Assembly (NCBI GenBank): GCA_964410435.1
Contig: CAYPGY010000002.1
Location: 1-34,035, forward strand
DNA length: 34,035 bases
From: an uncultured Candidatus Bathyarchaeia archaeon
GTDB taxonomy: Archaea; Thermoproteota; Bathyarchaeia; Bathyarchaeales; Bathycorpusculaceae
Reading direction: 5' to 3'
Each line of letters starts with the position of its first letter. The stretch's first letter is position 1. Under the pieces are notes generated by a model. That model saw only the letters and a list, made by a program, of their open reading frames with translations, did no database searches and was not told where the DNA came from. The position numbers and the translations under genes are program-made. Below, piece by piece: positions 1 through 8,330 of the stretch.

Positions 1-375
1 GCCGTTAACTAACTCGCGGCTGCTACCACAGTTCGCTTCCTCAATGATTTTTCCGTCTGCCAACACAGCTAACCCGTTAACTTCGCCGGGGTCAATGCCT
101 ACAATTATATGCTCGTAGGTTTCTTTGCCTAAAAGAAGCTTCTTAACCTCCAACACCAGAACATCAAGATCGGCTTCTTCACCGTGGAAAACAAGTACTC
201 TATGGTTCCCTACTTCAGCCTTCTCTTGCTCGGTGGTGATAACCAGTTTTGCCCTTGAGGGAACAGTCTGCCCCGGGATTAAACTATAAAAGTTGATGCC
301 GTTCTCCCGTAGAGCGTTAACTATAAGGTAGTAAGCTTTCCCCTGCACCGTTGCAACGGCGACTCTTCCCTTCAT
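1..375 (-). CDS. Partial (3' end outside window) conserved archaeal protein with RNase H-like (YqgF/RuvC-type) motif
   Basis: Not in the ORF track. Manual translation from ATG at 375 is open to the window edge: MKGRVAVATVQGKAYYLIVNALRENGINF...EHIIVGIDPGEVNGLAVLADGKIIEE. IVGIDPG is the typical first strand of RNase H-fold nucleases. Divergent from radB. Confidence 0.7.
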   Translation of the reverse strand, partial: MKGRVAVATVQGKAYYLIVNALRENGINFYSLIPGQTVPSRAKLVITTEQEKAEVGNHRVLVFHGEEADLDVLVLEVKKLLLGKETYEHIIVGIDPGEVNGLAVLADGKIIEEANCGSSRELVNG

Positions 376-454
376 GGCGTAAAAATCCTGACGATTAATT
401 TAAGTGCAAAACAAATTATTATCTTCAAACTAATAATGCTTGACGTGGATGGTT

Positions 455-1153
455 ATGACGCAAATACAGACAGGCTGCAACTGCATTGACCAAAAAATAG
501 GCGGCGGCATCAACCCCGACAGCATAACACTCGTATACGGCGAACCCGAAACAGGCAAATCCACTTTAGCTATGCAATGCGCCGTGAACTGCGCGGTTCA
601 AGCAGGCGGAAAAATCCTCTACATCGACTGCGACAACACCTTCTCAACCGAGCGCCTCGCATTGATCGCGGGCTGGAACTTTGAAGCTGTTGCGGAACGC
701 ATTGTGCTCTTCAAACCCAAAGACTTCCGCGAGCAAACCGCCCTATTAGACCACATAGAAAAGTACCTTACCAACGTCAATCTCATCGTAATCGACACTA
801 TAACCTCGCTTTACAGCGCCAGAGCTGCGGAGTCACCAAAAGCGTTTAGTACAAACCGGGAATTAAACCGCCAACTTGCACTGCTCGCGGAGCAGGTTAA
901 AGTTAGAAAGATACCGCTTATCATGACAAGCCAAGTGCGCAGTATTATAAGCGATCAATCCTCAGGTGTACGCCCAGTCGCAACCCGGGTGCTCCAGTTC
1001 TGGGCTGACAACATTATCTTTCTTAAACCCACAGAGCTGCCACAAACCATCAGAGTAATAGTTGAAAAACCCGTATCCACCGTTTCCGCGTCGCAGGCAG
1101 TATGCTACGTACTTATAGGGGAAACCGGATTAAGAGATACACAACTCCTCTAA
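455..1153 (+). CDS. radB: DNA repair and recombination protein RadB-like (RecA/RadA paralog, ATPase domain only)
   Basis: IQTGC..IDQKIGGGI, Walker A GEPETGKST, YIDCDNTFSTERL, Walker B LIVIDTITSLY, TSQVR. No N-terminal HhH domain. ATG at 455 preferred over TTG 440. Confidence 0.8.
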   Translation: MTQIQTGCNCIDQKIGGGINPDSITLVYGEPETGKSTLAMQCAVNCAVQAGGKILYIDCDNTFSTERLALIAGWNFEAVAERIVLFKPKDFREQTALLDHIEKYLTNVNLIVIDTITSLYSARAAESPKAFSTNRELNRQLALLAEQVKVRKIPLIMTSQVRSIISDQSSGVRPVATRVLQFWADNIIFLKPTELPQTIRVIVEKPVSTVSASQAVCYVLIGETGLRDTQLL

Positions 1154-1173
1154 AACCGGTTGAACATCATCAA

Positions 1174-1692
1174 ATGGATATCGCCCTGATAATCGCTCAA
1201 GCTCTCATATTCATCTTCCCAGCTTACTGCGCCAACGGCACACCCGTACTGGCAGGCGGCGGAACAAAGATGGATTTAGGCCGAAACTTCATTGACGGCA
1301 AACGCATCTTTGGCAATAACAAGACTTTCAGAGGGTTCTTTTTCGGCTGGGGCGTAGGTTTGCTTGTCGGTTTAATCGAGGGTTTTATTTTCGGTTTCGA
1401 CAGGGTTCCAGTAGTTTTTAGTGTAGTTGTTCCGCTTGGGGCACTGCTGGGTGACCTGCTGGGGGCATTCATCAAGCGCAGGCTAGATATTGCTCCGGGC
1501 GGGCTGCTGCCTGTTGTAGATCAACTGGACTTTGTGGTCGGCGCAGTCGTGTTCGCTGTTCCGTTGGCTCTCTCAGGCGTGATTGTGTTAAGTTGGGAAG
1601 TAGCGGTTACGGTGCTGTTGATTACGCCGCCTATTCATCTGCTTACCAACTATGGCGCGTACAAGCTGAAGCTCAAGAAGCACCCCTGGTAA
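1174..1692 (+). CDS. carS: CDP-archaeol synthase (CDP-2,3-bis-O-geranylgeranyl-sn-glycerol synthase)
   Basis: PAYCANGTPV, DLGRNFIDGKRIFGNNKTFRG, GDLLGAFIKRRLDIAPG, DQLDF and C-terminal LKLKKHPW are CarS signatures. Start moved to ATG 1174 (MDIAL). Confidence 0.95.
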   Translation: MDIALIIAQALIFIFPAYCANGTPVLAGGGTKMDLGRNFIDGKRIFGNNKTFRGFFFGWGVGLLVGLIEGFIFGFDRVPVVFSVVVPLGALLGDLLGAFIKRRLDIAPGGLLPVVDQLDFVVGAVVFAVPLALSGVIVLSWEVAVTVLLITPPIHLLTNYGAYKLKLKKHPW

Positions 1693-1810
1693 ACTGGGTT
1701 CTTTTCTTTTTACAGAAAAGAGGACCTAAACAAGGTAAGTTAACGTACTTTTAAAACGAAAAAGTTAATGTTAAAACGAAAATTGAAAGAAGCTAAATTT
1801 TGTTTAGCTT

Positions 1811-2227
1811 TTAGCCGCCTTTGACGCTTATTGAGCCCTCGAGGAATATGTATGAGAGCAGCACGAAGGTGACGCCTACAATCATTAGCATATATGCCTG
1901 ACGTGGCTTATACGCGCTTTTTGTGCTCTGGTACATAGCGAGTAAGCCGAAGAAGCCTAACGCATAGAGCGCGACTGATATGATGGTGTCGCCGACGAAT
2001 TGGCTGCTTATGTCTGGGTACAGGAAGTAGAATGTGCTTCCAGTGTAGTACGCTGGAAGAGGTTTCTCGATTAGAGTGTAGAGGCCTCCGCCGAAGAGGA
2101 AAATCACGTAAGCCATACCGAGTAGGGTGATTACTGATATTGTGGGGGTGTTGGTCGCTGCCTTGCGGAACCATCTGCTGAGTGAGAATGAGACGTCTTC
2201 AGATCTTTTCTTAATTTTACCGGACAT
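1811..2227 (-). CDS. OST3/OST6-family (DC2/OSTC-like) oligosaccharyltransferase accessory subunit homolog, 3 TM
   Basis: 138 aa with three hydrophobic helices. LFGGGLYTLIEKP...FLYPDISSQFVGDTIISVALYALGFFGLL...IVGVTFVLLSY parallels the DC2/OSTC pattern as recalled (GGIIYDVIVEP...FL...GQYIMEG...LFTMGGLGFI...IGFVCVLLSF). About 3 kb from STT3. Confidence 0.7.
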   Translation of the reverse strand: MSGKIKKRSEDVSFSLSRWFRKAATNTPTISVITLLGMAYVIFLFGGGLYTLIEKPLPAYYTGSTFYFLYPDISSQFVGDTIISVALYALGFFGLLAMYQSTKSAYKPRQAYMLMIVGVTFVLLSYIFLEGSISVKGG

Positions 2228-2442
2228 TACTGTTCCTCTTCCTCAATTATGTGCTTTGCTACTTCTTTAGCCCATGATCCAGTTAATGAATTTTTCTGAA
2301 TCTGCCCTAAATATTCGCTCCACGTGACTTCAGATGCCTTAAGCCAAACCTGGTACTTCTCCACTATGTTCTGGTACGCTTTAAGGTGCAGTTGACAGTA
2401 TCCCTTTTCTTGGGCTTCTCGGCTGCAGATTTTACACTTCAA
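2227..2442 (-). CDS. Small Zn-binding protein (CxxC...CxxH), translationally coupled to topA and the OSTC-like gene
   Basis: MKCKICSREAQEKGYCQLH. TTG start overlaps the topA stop (TTGA); its TAA overlaps the downstream ATG (TAATG at 2229-2225). Confidence 0.75.
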   Translation of the reverse strand: MKCKICSREAQEKGYCQLHLKAYQNIVEKYQVWLKASEVTWSEYLGQIQKNSLTGSWAKEVAKHIIEEEEQ

Positions 2443-4511
2443 CTCTTAGGTACCGCTCCTTTACTGCTGCATTTGGGGTTTATACAGATGCGCCAGGGCT
2501 CTTTTCCCTTCACGTAAACTGACACTACGGGGGCGCCGCAGCTTGGGCAGGGCTTCGTTAGCGGTTTTATTGTTCCCGTCTGCGGCAGGGGATAGGTGAC
2601 GCTGCATTTGGCTTTAGCGAAGTTGCTGCATCCCACAAAGCGTTTGCCGGTGGATTTTGAAGTAATAACTACGAGTTGGCCTTTGCAGTTTGGGCAGGTT
2701 CCGACGCCCTTGTGTTCTGGTTTACTGCGCTGCAACGCCTGGGTTAACTGTGCTCCGACAGCGAACTCTTTGCTTTTCAACTCAGATGTAACCACCTTAA
2801 GTCGCTCCATCGCGTCCGCCAGTACAGTGTACTTTGTCTCTTTACCGCGTTGTATAGCTTCCATTTTTTCCTCAAGCGAGCGTGTCATGTCCGAGGATAC
2901 CACCGTGGGGCAATACTTCTCAAGCACCTCAGTCACTTCAAAACCTAGGTCGCTTACGGTTAGCTTGTCTGTTCCCATCAGGTACTTTCGTTCCTGAAGT
3001 GTCTCGATTATGGCGGCGCGGGTGGCTTTGGTGCCGATTTCCTCTTTTTCCATTTTAAGCAGTAAACTACGCGGATTGTAACGTGGGGGCGGCTGAGTAA
3101 AATTTTGCTTCAACGTAACCTTTTTCACATCAACCTCTTGCCCCTCATATAGCTGCGGCAGAACATCGTCTTTAACCTGCACATACGGCCTGTAAAGGTG
3201 GAACCAACCCTCCAAAAGTGTTCTTGACGCGGTAAAGTGGAAAGCGTAGCCGTTGAGGTTGACTGTTACGGTTACGTTTTGGCGTATGGCGGGGTCGCCG
3301 AAGACCGCGAAAAACCGTTTCACTACGAGGTCAAAGACATCTTTTGATTGGGCATCTAGGGGTTTCTGCGGTAGATTTCCCGTTGGGTAGATGGCTGGGT
3401 GGGCTGAATCCTCTTTTTTGCCCTCGTTCGGCTTCAGATCCGCCTTTGCTAGGAGTTCGGCTGTGTGTTTGGTGTAGGCTGGGTCTCTGCTGAGGTTTTT
3501 AAGTATGTCCTGGTAGCCTATTGACGGCGGCAGTTTCTGGCTGCTTGTTCTGGGGTAAGAAATCAAGGCGTCCACGTAGAGGCGCTGTAGAATCTGCGAG
3601 GTGCGCAGAGGAGTTAAGTGGAAGAGTTTGTAGGCTTCGCTTTGCAGGGCACCTAAATCAAACGGCGTAGGGGGGTTAACCAGCACGTCGGTTTGGTCGA
3701 TTTTCTCTATTTTGCCCTTCTTGGTTTTGCATGCTTCCTTTACTTTATTTGCCTCTGATAGTGTCTCAAAGGTTTTCTCAAAAGTTACATCTACAGTGAA
3801 ATCAGCGATTGCAATCTTAGCGCTTAGCGTCCAGTAGGGGGTGGGCACGAAGGCTTGGATTTCCTTTTCTCGCTCCTCTAGGAATCGCAGGGTTGGCCCC
3901 TGAACTCGGCCTGTGCTAAGCGTAGTGTATTGTCCGCTGAATTTTTTAGCGGCCTGAGTGAGTGCACGTGAAAGGTTTATGCCATATAGCCAGTCAACTT
4001 CGTGGCGTGTCAGCCCTGCCTGAACAACTTCAAAATCCAGCTTGGGCATAAGGTGCCTGTAAGCGTCCTGAAGCTCTTTTTCGGTGAGGGTTGAGTACTT
4101 CATGCGTTTTGCAATGTTCTGTTTTTCTCCGCAGGCATATTTCAGAATGGTGTAACCTATTATGCTGCCCTCGACGTCGTAGTCGCAGCCGTTGACGAAT
4201 GCCTCGGCGTCTTTGGCCAAGTCAGATATGGCTCGAAGCCACGTTCTGATTCTTGAAGCTCCCTTCTCAGCGAGGTACTTGGGAACCCACTGGTAGTCAA
4301 ATACTGGGTAATCGCGGGTTCTCTCTTTGCTAGTAACCGTGTAGAGATGCCCCAATGCAGGCACAACAACGATGTTTCCGCCTCGGTACGCTTCATAGTA
4401 TGGGACACCGTTAGCGAAGGCTTTTTTTGGTTTTCCCTGCTCATCCAGCGCGGTTGCTATTCGGTTAGCTGCATCTGGCTTCTCAGTTATTAGAAGGGTG
4501 TACTTCTGCAA
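2439..4511 (-). CDS. topA: DNA topoisomerase I (type IA) with C-terminal Zn ribbons
   Basis: TOPRIM LITEKP...GHLY...CDYDVEG, STGRVQGPTL, catalytic ISYPRT, AHPAIYPT, GTKATRA, C-terminal CPNC/CSNF..C/CPSC/CINPKC. Confidence 0.97.
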   Translation of the reverse strand: MQKYTLLITEKPDAANRIATALDEQGKPKKAFANGVPYYEAYRGGNIVVVPALGHLYTVTSKERTRDYPVFDYQWVPKYLAEKGASRIRTWLRAISDLAKDAEAFVNGCDYDVEGSIIGYTILKYACGEKQNIAKRMKYSTLTEKELQDAYRHLMPKLDFEVVQAGLTRHEVDWLYGINLSRALTQAAKKFSGQYTTLSTGRVQGPTLRFLEEREKEIQAFVPTPYWTLSAKIAIADFTVDVTFEKTFETLSEANKVKEACKTKKGKIEKIDQTDVLVNPPTPFDLGALQSEAYKLFHLTPLRTSQILQRLYVDALISYPRTSSQKLPPSIGYQDILKNLSRDPAYTKHTAELLAKADLKPNEGKKEDSAHPAIYPTGNLPQKPLDAQSKDVFDLVVKRFFAVFGDPAIRQNVTVTVNLNGYAFHFTASRTLLEGWFHLYRPYVQVKDDVLPQLYEGQEVDVKKVTLKQNFTQPPPRYNPRSLLLKMEKEEIGTKATRAAIIETLQERKYLMGTDKLTVSDLGFEVTEVLEKYCPTVVSSDMTRSLEEKMEAIQRGKETKYTVLADAMERLKVVTSELKSKEFAVGAQLTQALQRSKPEHKGVGTCPNCKGQLVVITSKSTGKRFVGCSNFAKAKCSVTYPLPQTGTIKPLTKPCPSCGAPVVSVYVKGKEPWRICINPKCSSKGAVPKS

Positions 4512-4650
4512 CGCTTGATACCTATCTTAAACACTGTCAGATTCGACTGCAAATTAAAAGCTTTCAGTGTACAACAGGCAAGTTTTTTCTATATATTTTT
4601 AGCAACTAATAAATATGCCATGAATGTGTAATTTACGGGGGTAAATGTGG

Positions 4651-4827
4651 ATGCCGCAACGTGTTATTTGTCACGATTGTCGTCAAGTTTTATATGAGGG
4701 CGCGGAGCTTAAGCCGCCTGACGAGATTATTCAGAACTGTCAGGGTAAATGCCCAAAGTGTGGCAGGAAACTTTCGCTTCTGCCTTTAGACGTTGAAGTT
4801 AAACCAGTGAGTAAACGCAAAAACTAA
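4651..4827 (+). CDS. Small Zn-ribbon protein (CxxC...CxxC)
   Basis: MPQRVICHDCRQVLYEG...GKCPKCGRKL. TATA-like AATAAATA at about 4608-4615. Start may be 4645 or 4651. Confidence 0.75.
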   Translation: MPQRVICHDCRQVLYEGAELKPPDEIIQNCQGKCPKCGRKLSLLPLDVEVKPVSKRKN

Positions 4828-5118
4828 CCCGTCTTCTCCTAAGAAACAGCGCCTTTGCCTTCTGTTCAGCTGATGCTTCAATTCGCCTGTTCGCCTTCAT
4901 TTGCAGTTTGATTGCGGAGTTTAGCGTTTTCTCATATTTTTCTTTGTTTTATGCGTATTTCTCCAAGCCGCAGCATTTGTTGAGTGTTTTTTAGTCAAAA
5001 ACCCCCTGATAAAACAATCATAAAAGTTAGAGTTAGATCAGTGAAGTTTTGGAAAGCCATAAATAACGCACCCATGTGTAAAATAGTACCATATAAAACA
5101 TTGAAGAGATGGCTTAAA

Positions 5119-7383
5119 GTGGGGGAAACTCTAAACGACCGACTTGGCAAAGGAAGATTTGGCATCTCAGTAAGCCACGGTACAATCTTAGCTTTTGCAG
5201 CATTAATTTTGATTCTCGTTATCGCATTCACCATTCGCGTTATGCCCCTTAGGTGGGAGAACCTCGCTGCAGGTACAGCATACCTAAACGAGTTCGACCC
5301 CTATTACCAGATAAGCATCACTAGGCACATGATTGACAACGGGTTACTTTCACCCTACACAGACCACTGGGTTAACTACATGAAGTGGTTCCCTGACGGA
5401 TTAGACATGTCCAGTTCACTGCCTGCTCTACCAATGACGGCGGCGGTACTCTACAGTGTTGTTTCAGTATTTGGTCACGTAGACCTGATGACTTTCTGCT
5501 CTATACTTCCAGCAGTAATAGCTGCATTGTCATGCTTTATCATGTACTTTGTAGGTAAAGACTTCGGCGGCAGAGCAGTCGGTTTATTCTCTGCGTTATT
5601 CCTCGCGTTAGCTCCCTCATATCTGCAGAGAAGCTCGCTTGGCTTCTTCGATACAGAAGTGGCAGGTGTGCTTGGTTTAGTATTATTCCTGTTCTTCTTC
5701 ATGCGCTGCCTAGACGGCAACCGCTCCCTCAAGACCTCATTGATTTACGCGGTAGGTGCAGGTTTATCTCTGGCTTACTTCATCGCAGGCTGGGGTGCAG
5801 CGTATTACATCCTTGACTTAGCGGCACTCTTCGTATTCGTCTTGGTACTTCTCAAGCGCTATACCCCGCGGATGCTAGTAAACTATAGCATCGTGATGGG
5901 TTTAGGCTTATTGATAGGCACCAAAGTACCCTACATCGGATTAGGTTACTTAACCTCATTTGCGGTGCTTCCAGTGGCCGCCGTATTCATTGTGCTGCTT
6001 GTCGCAGAACTCATGCGTAACAACATCACAATAAAAAGCAAACTAACCATGATTGTGGCAGCGTTAGTCGTCATAGTCGGCGCATTCGCTGCTCTATGGT
6101 TGACTGGTTCACTTGCAGACATCGCAGGCAAATTCGTCACAGTCATCAACCCCTTCATCAGAGCTGCTTCGCCGCTGATTGATTCAGTAGCTGAACAGAG
6201 AATCTCAGGATGGGGCAACCTCTATCTTGAATTCGGCGTGACAATCCTGTTCTTCTTAGTAGGCATGTTCTTCACACTGCGCAACCCGACAAACAGAAAC
6301 GTGTTCCTACTGCTCTTCTCAGTCACGGGCCTGTACTTTGCCTCGTCAATGATCAGACTGCTAGTAATCTTCGCTCCCGCATTCGCAGTTGTGGCGGCAA
6401 TCGGTATAATGGGTTGCGTGAAACCCTTCTTTGCGCTACTGCAAGAAGCCCCAGCTAACTTGGCTAAATCCAAACGCAAACTGGCGCGGGTAAGCAAAGA
6501 ATACAGCGGCTTAGCCATCATAGTGATATTCATGCTGCTGGTCTCTGCATTCGCCTTTACACCACAATCAGGCGGCACACCAAGAGCTGTATCTAACGCG
6601 TATGTTCCAACAGCCATCAGCTCTTCAAGCTTACCGCTCGGCGGAGGAAGCCTCACTGAACCCGTTACAGCTTGGCTTGATGCACTTGAATGGCTAAACG
6701 ACAACGCCAACTCCACCACAGTAGTAGCGAGCTGGTGGGACTACGGTAACTGGCTAAGCGACCTCGGAAACGTAACCACGCTAGCCGACAACACCACGGT
6801 AAACTCGACAAAGATCGCTGACTTAGGCTTCGCCTTCATGGCCAACGAAAACCAGAGCCTCGCACGCTTAACCACATACGGCCAAGATAACATAAAGTAC
6901 ATCGTAGTCTTCGAAGTGCTCTACGTAACTGATTCAAACGGGCAATACTATACTATACCCATCGGCTACGGCGACGAAGGCAAATGGGTCTGGATGGCTA
7001 GAATCTCAGCTGGCGAACATGACCGCTTCATCAAGGAAGGCTTAATCAGCGCCCAAGACATGTGGACCGATAACGCAACCGTCCGCGCTGAAAGCTACTT
7101 CGGCGAAACCAGCACAACCTCCAACCAGTTCGAGTGGAACCAACGAGGCATGAACAGCACCATCGAAATGCTCCTCTACGACATGCAACTAAAATACATC
7201 GAAAACATCAACAGCCAAGGCCAATACACACTGAGCGCTGACCACACCGCTTCAACACCAAAGTACCTCGAGGCAGCCTACATCGGCGGCATAGACACAC
7301 AGCCCGATCAATACGGCGGACTGGTACCACTCGTCGGTATCTACAAGATCAACTGGCAAGCGTACAACGCAGCCAACCCGTAA
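5119..7383 (+). CDS. aglB: Oligosaccharyltransferase catalytic subunit STT3/AglB
   Basis: EFDPYY, GFFDTE, SVAEQ, SMIRL, WWDYG, TLADNTT and DK-type motif DEGKWVWMARI; many TM helices then a soluble domain. Start uncertain (GTG 5119 or TTG 5101); the track extension from 4984 is unlikely. Confidence 0.95.
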   Translation: MGETLNDRLGKGRFGISVSHGTILAFAALILILVIAFTIRVMPLRWENLAAGTAYLNEFDPYYQISITRHMIDNGLLSPYTDHWVNYMKWFPDGLDMSSSLPALPMTAAVLYSVVSVFGHVDLMTFCSILPAVIAALSCFIMYFVGKDFGGRAVGLFSALFLALAPSYLQRSSLGFFDTEVAGVLGLVLFLFFFMRCLDGNRSLKTSLIYAVGAGLSLAYFIAGWGAAYYILDLAALFVFVLVLLKRYTPRMLVNYSIVMGLGLLIGTKVPYIGLGYLTSFAVLPVAAVFIVLLVAELMRNNITIKSKLTMIVAALVVIVGAFAALWLTGSLADIAGKFVTVINPFIRAASPLIDSVAEQRISGWGNLYLEFGVTILFFLVGMFFTLRNPTNRNVFLLLFSVTGLYFASSMIRLLVIFAPAFAVVAAIGIMGCVKPFFALLQEAPANLAKSKRKLARVSKEYSGLAIIVIFMLLVSAFAFTPQSGGTPRAVSNAYVPTAISSSSLPLGGGSLTEPVTAWLDALEWLNDNANSTTVVASWWDYGNWLSDLGNVTTLADNTTVNSTKIADLGFAFMANENQSLARLTTYGQDNIKYIVVFEVLYVTDSNGQYYTIPIGYGDEGKWVWMARISAGEHDRFIKEGLISAQDMWTDNATVRAESYFGETSTTSNQFEWNQRGMNSTIEMLLYDMQLKYIENINSQGQYTLSADHTASTPKYLEAAYIGGIDTQPDQYGGLVPLVGIYKINWQAYNAANP

Positions 7384-7407
7384 AATCTTGGGTAGGAAGC
7401 GACTGTA

Positions 7408-8271
7408 GTGTTCCCAAAGGTACCCGACCAGCACAAGGTTGGTCGACCCTTAATCCCCAACGGTTTAGGCGTTTTCTACGTCCTATTCACCACCGTTTAT
7501 CTTTTCTTGGTATATTTCCTACAGCAGAGTTCTAACCCTGAACCTGTCTCCGCAGCCTTCACACTCGCAGCCTGTGTCCTATTCGGAGGCTTCATGGGCA
7601 TGATGGATGACTGGATTGACCTGAAATGGCGCTACAAAGCCTTCATGCCCCTAATCGCGGCGCTGCCACTGATTTACTACGCACAGGCTATCGGCGCAAG
7701 AACCTCAATCACGCTACCCTTCCTAGGCATAATCGACTTCGGCGTAGCCTATTTCTACATCATACTGCCCCTAATCGTGATGATAGTGACTAACACCGTC
7801 AACCAGCTCGGCGGCTTAAACGGGCTTGAATCAGTCTGCCCAGCCATCGTCATAGCGGGGTTAATGGTGTTCTCGCCTAACTGGCTGCTTATGCTCGGGC
7901 CGCTGCTGTTCTGGATAGTGCTAGCCGCGCTTAACGTGTCCGGCAAAATCTTTGTAGGCAACACCGGCTCGTTCGCTATCGGTATGACCATAGCCGCATT
8001 CGCCATCATCTCCGACATGAAAGTAAACCTCGTAGTCTCGATACTGCCGTTCATATTCAACAGCTCAATTATCCTGCTTTCCGCGTTCATTACAAAGAAA
8101 AAAGCCGCTGTTACATTCGACGGCCAAAAACTCTGCTCAGATGCCCGAAAAAGCCTCGTAACAACAATAACCTACCATAGGCCGCTAAGCGAAAAACGCA
8201 TCGTGTTGGCGATCTCATTGATTGTAACGTTCTTTACGCTGCTTGGCGCCTTGATTCAGGTTATATCCTGA
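7408..8271 (+). CDS. UDP-GlcNAc:dolichyl-phosphate GlcNAc-1-phosphotransferase-like (AglH/Alg7/DPAGT1; MraY/WecA superfamily)
   Basis: DQHK...IPNGLG, GMMDDWIDLKWRYK, NTVNQLGGLNGLE, KIFVGNTG. Begins 24 bp after the STT3 stop. Confidence 0.85.
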   Translation: MFPKVPDQHKVGRPLIPNGLGVFYVLFTTVYLFLVYFLQQSSNPEPVSAAFTLAACVLFGGFMGMMDDWIDLKWRYKAFMPLIAALPLIYYAQAIGARTSITLPFLGIIDFGVAYFYIILPLIVMIVTNTVNQLGGLNGLESVCPAIVIAGLMVFSPNWLLMLGPLLFWIVLAALNVSGKIFVGNTGSFAIGMTIAAFAIISDMKVNLVVSILPFIFNSSIILLSAFITKKKAAVTFDGQKLCSDARKSLVTTITYHRPLSEKRIVLAISLIVTFFTLLGALIQVIS

Positions 8272-8330
8272 GTCTCTCATGTTAAAAAGGCTTAAACCCG
8301 CCACTCCTTTACTTATTTCTGGGGTTTTCT

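Noticed and set aside
4830-4950. Short minus-strand frame (KEKYEKTLNSAIKLQMKANRRIEASAEQKAK...) between the Zn-ribbon gene and STT3
   Set aside because: Short, no convincing start or SD, runs into the convergent gene, no recognisable motif.
4984-5118. N-terminal extension of STT3 in the ORF track (similarly carS 1102, 15319, 12802, 17335)
   Set aside because: These extensions overlap promoter-like AT tracts or neighbouring genes and lack family similarity; downstream starts fit better.
7381-7408. Read-through fusion of STT3 with the in-frame DPAGT1-like gene
   Set aside because: Same frame, but two stops (TAA 7381, TAG 7393) intervene and no recoding signal is evident.
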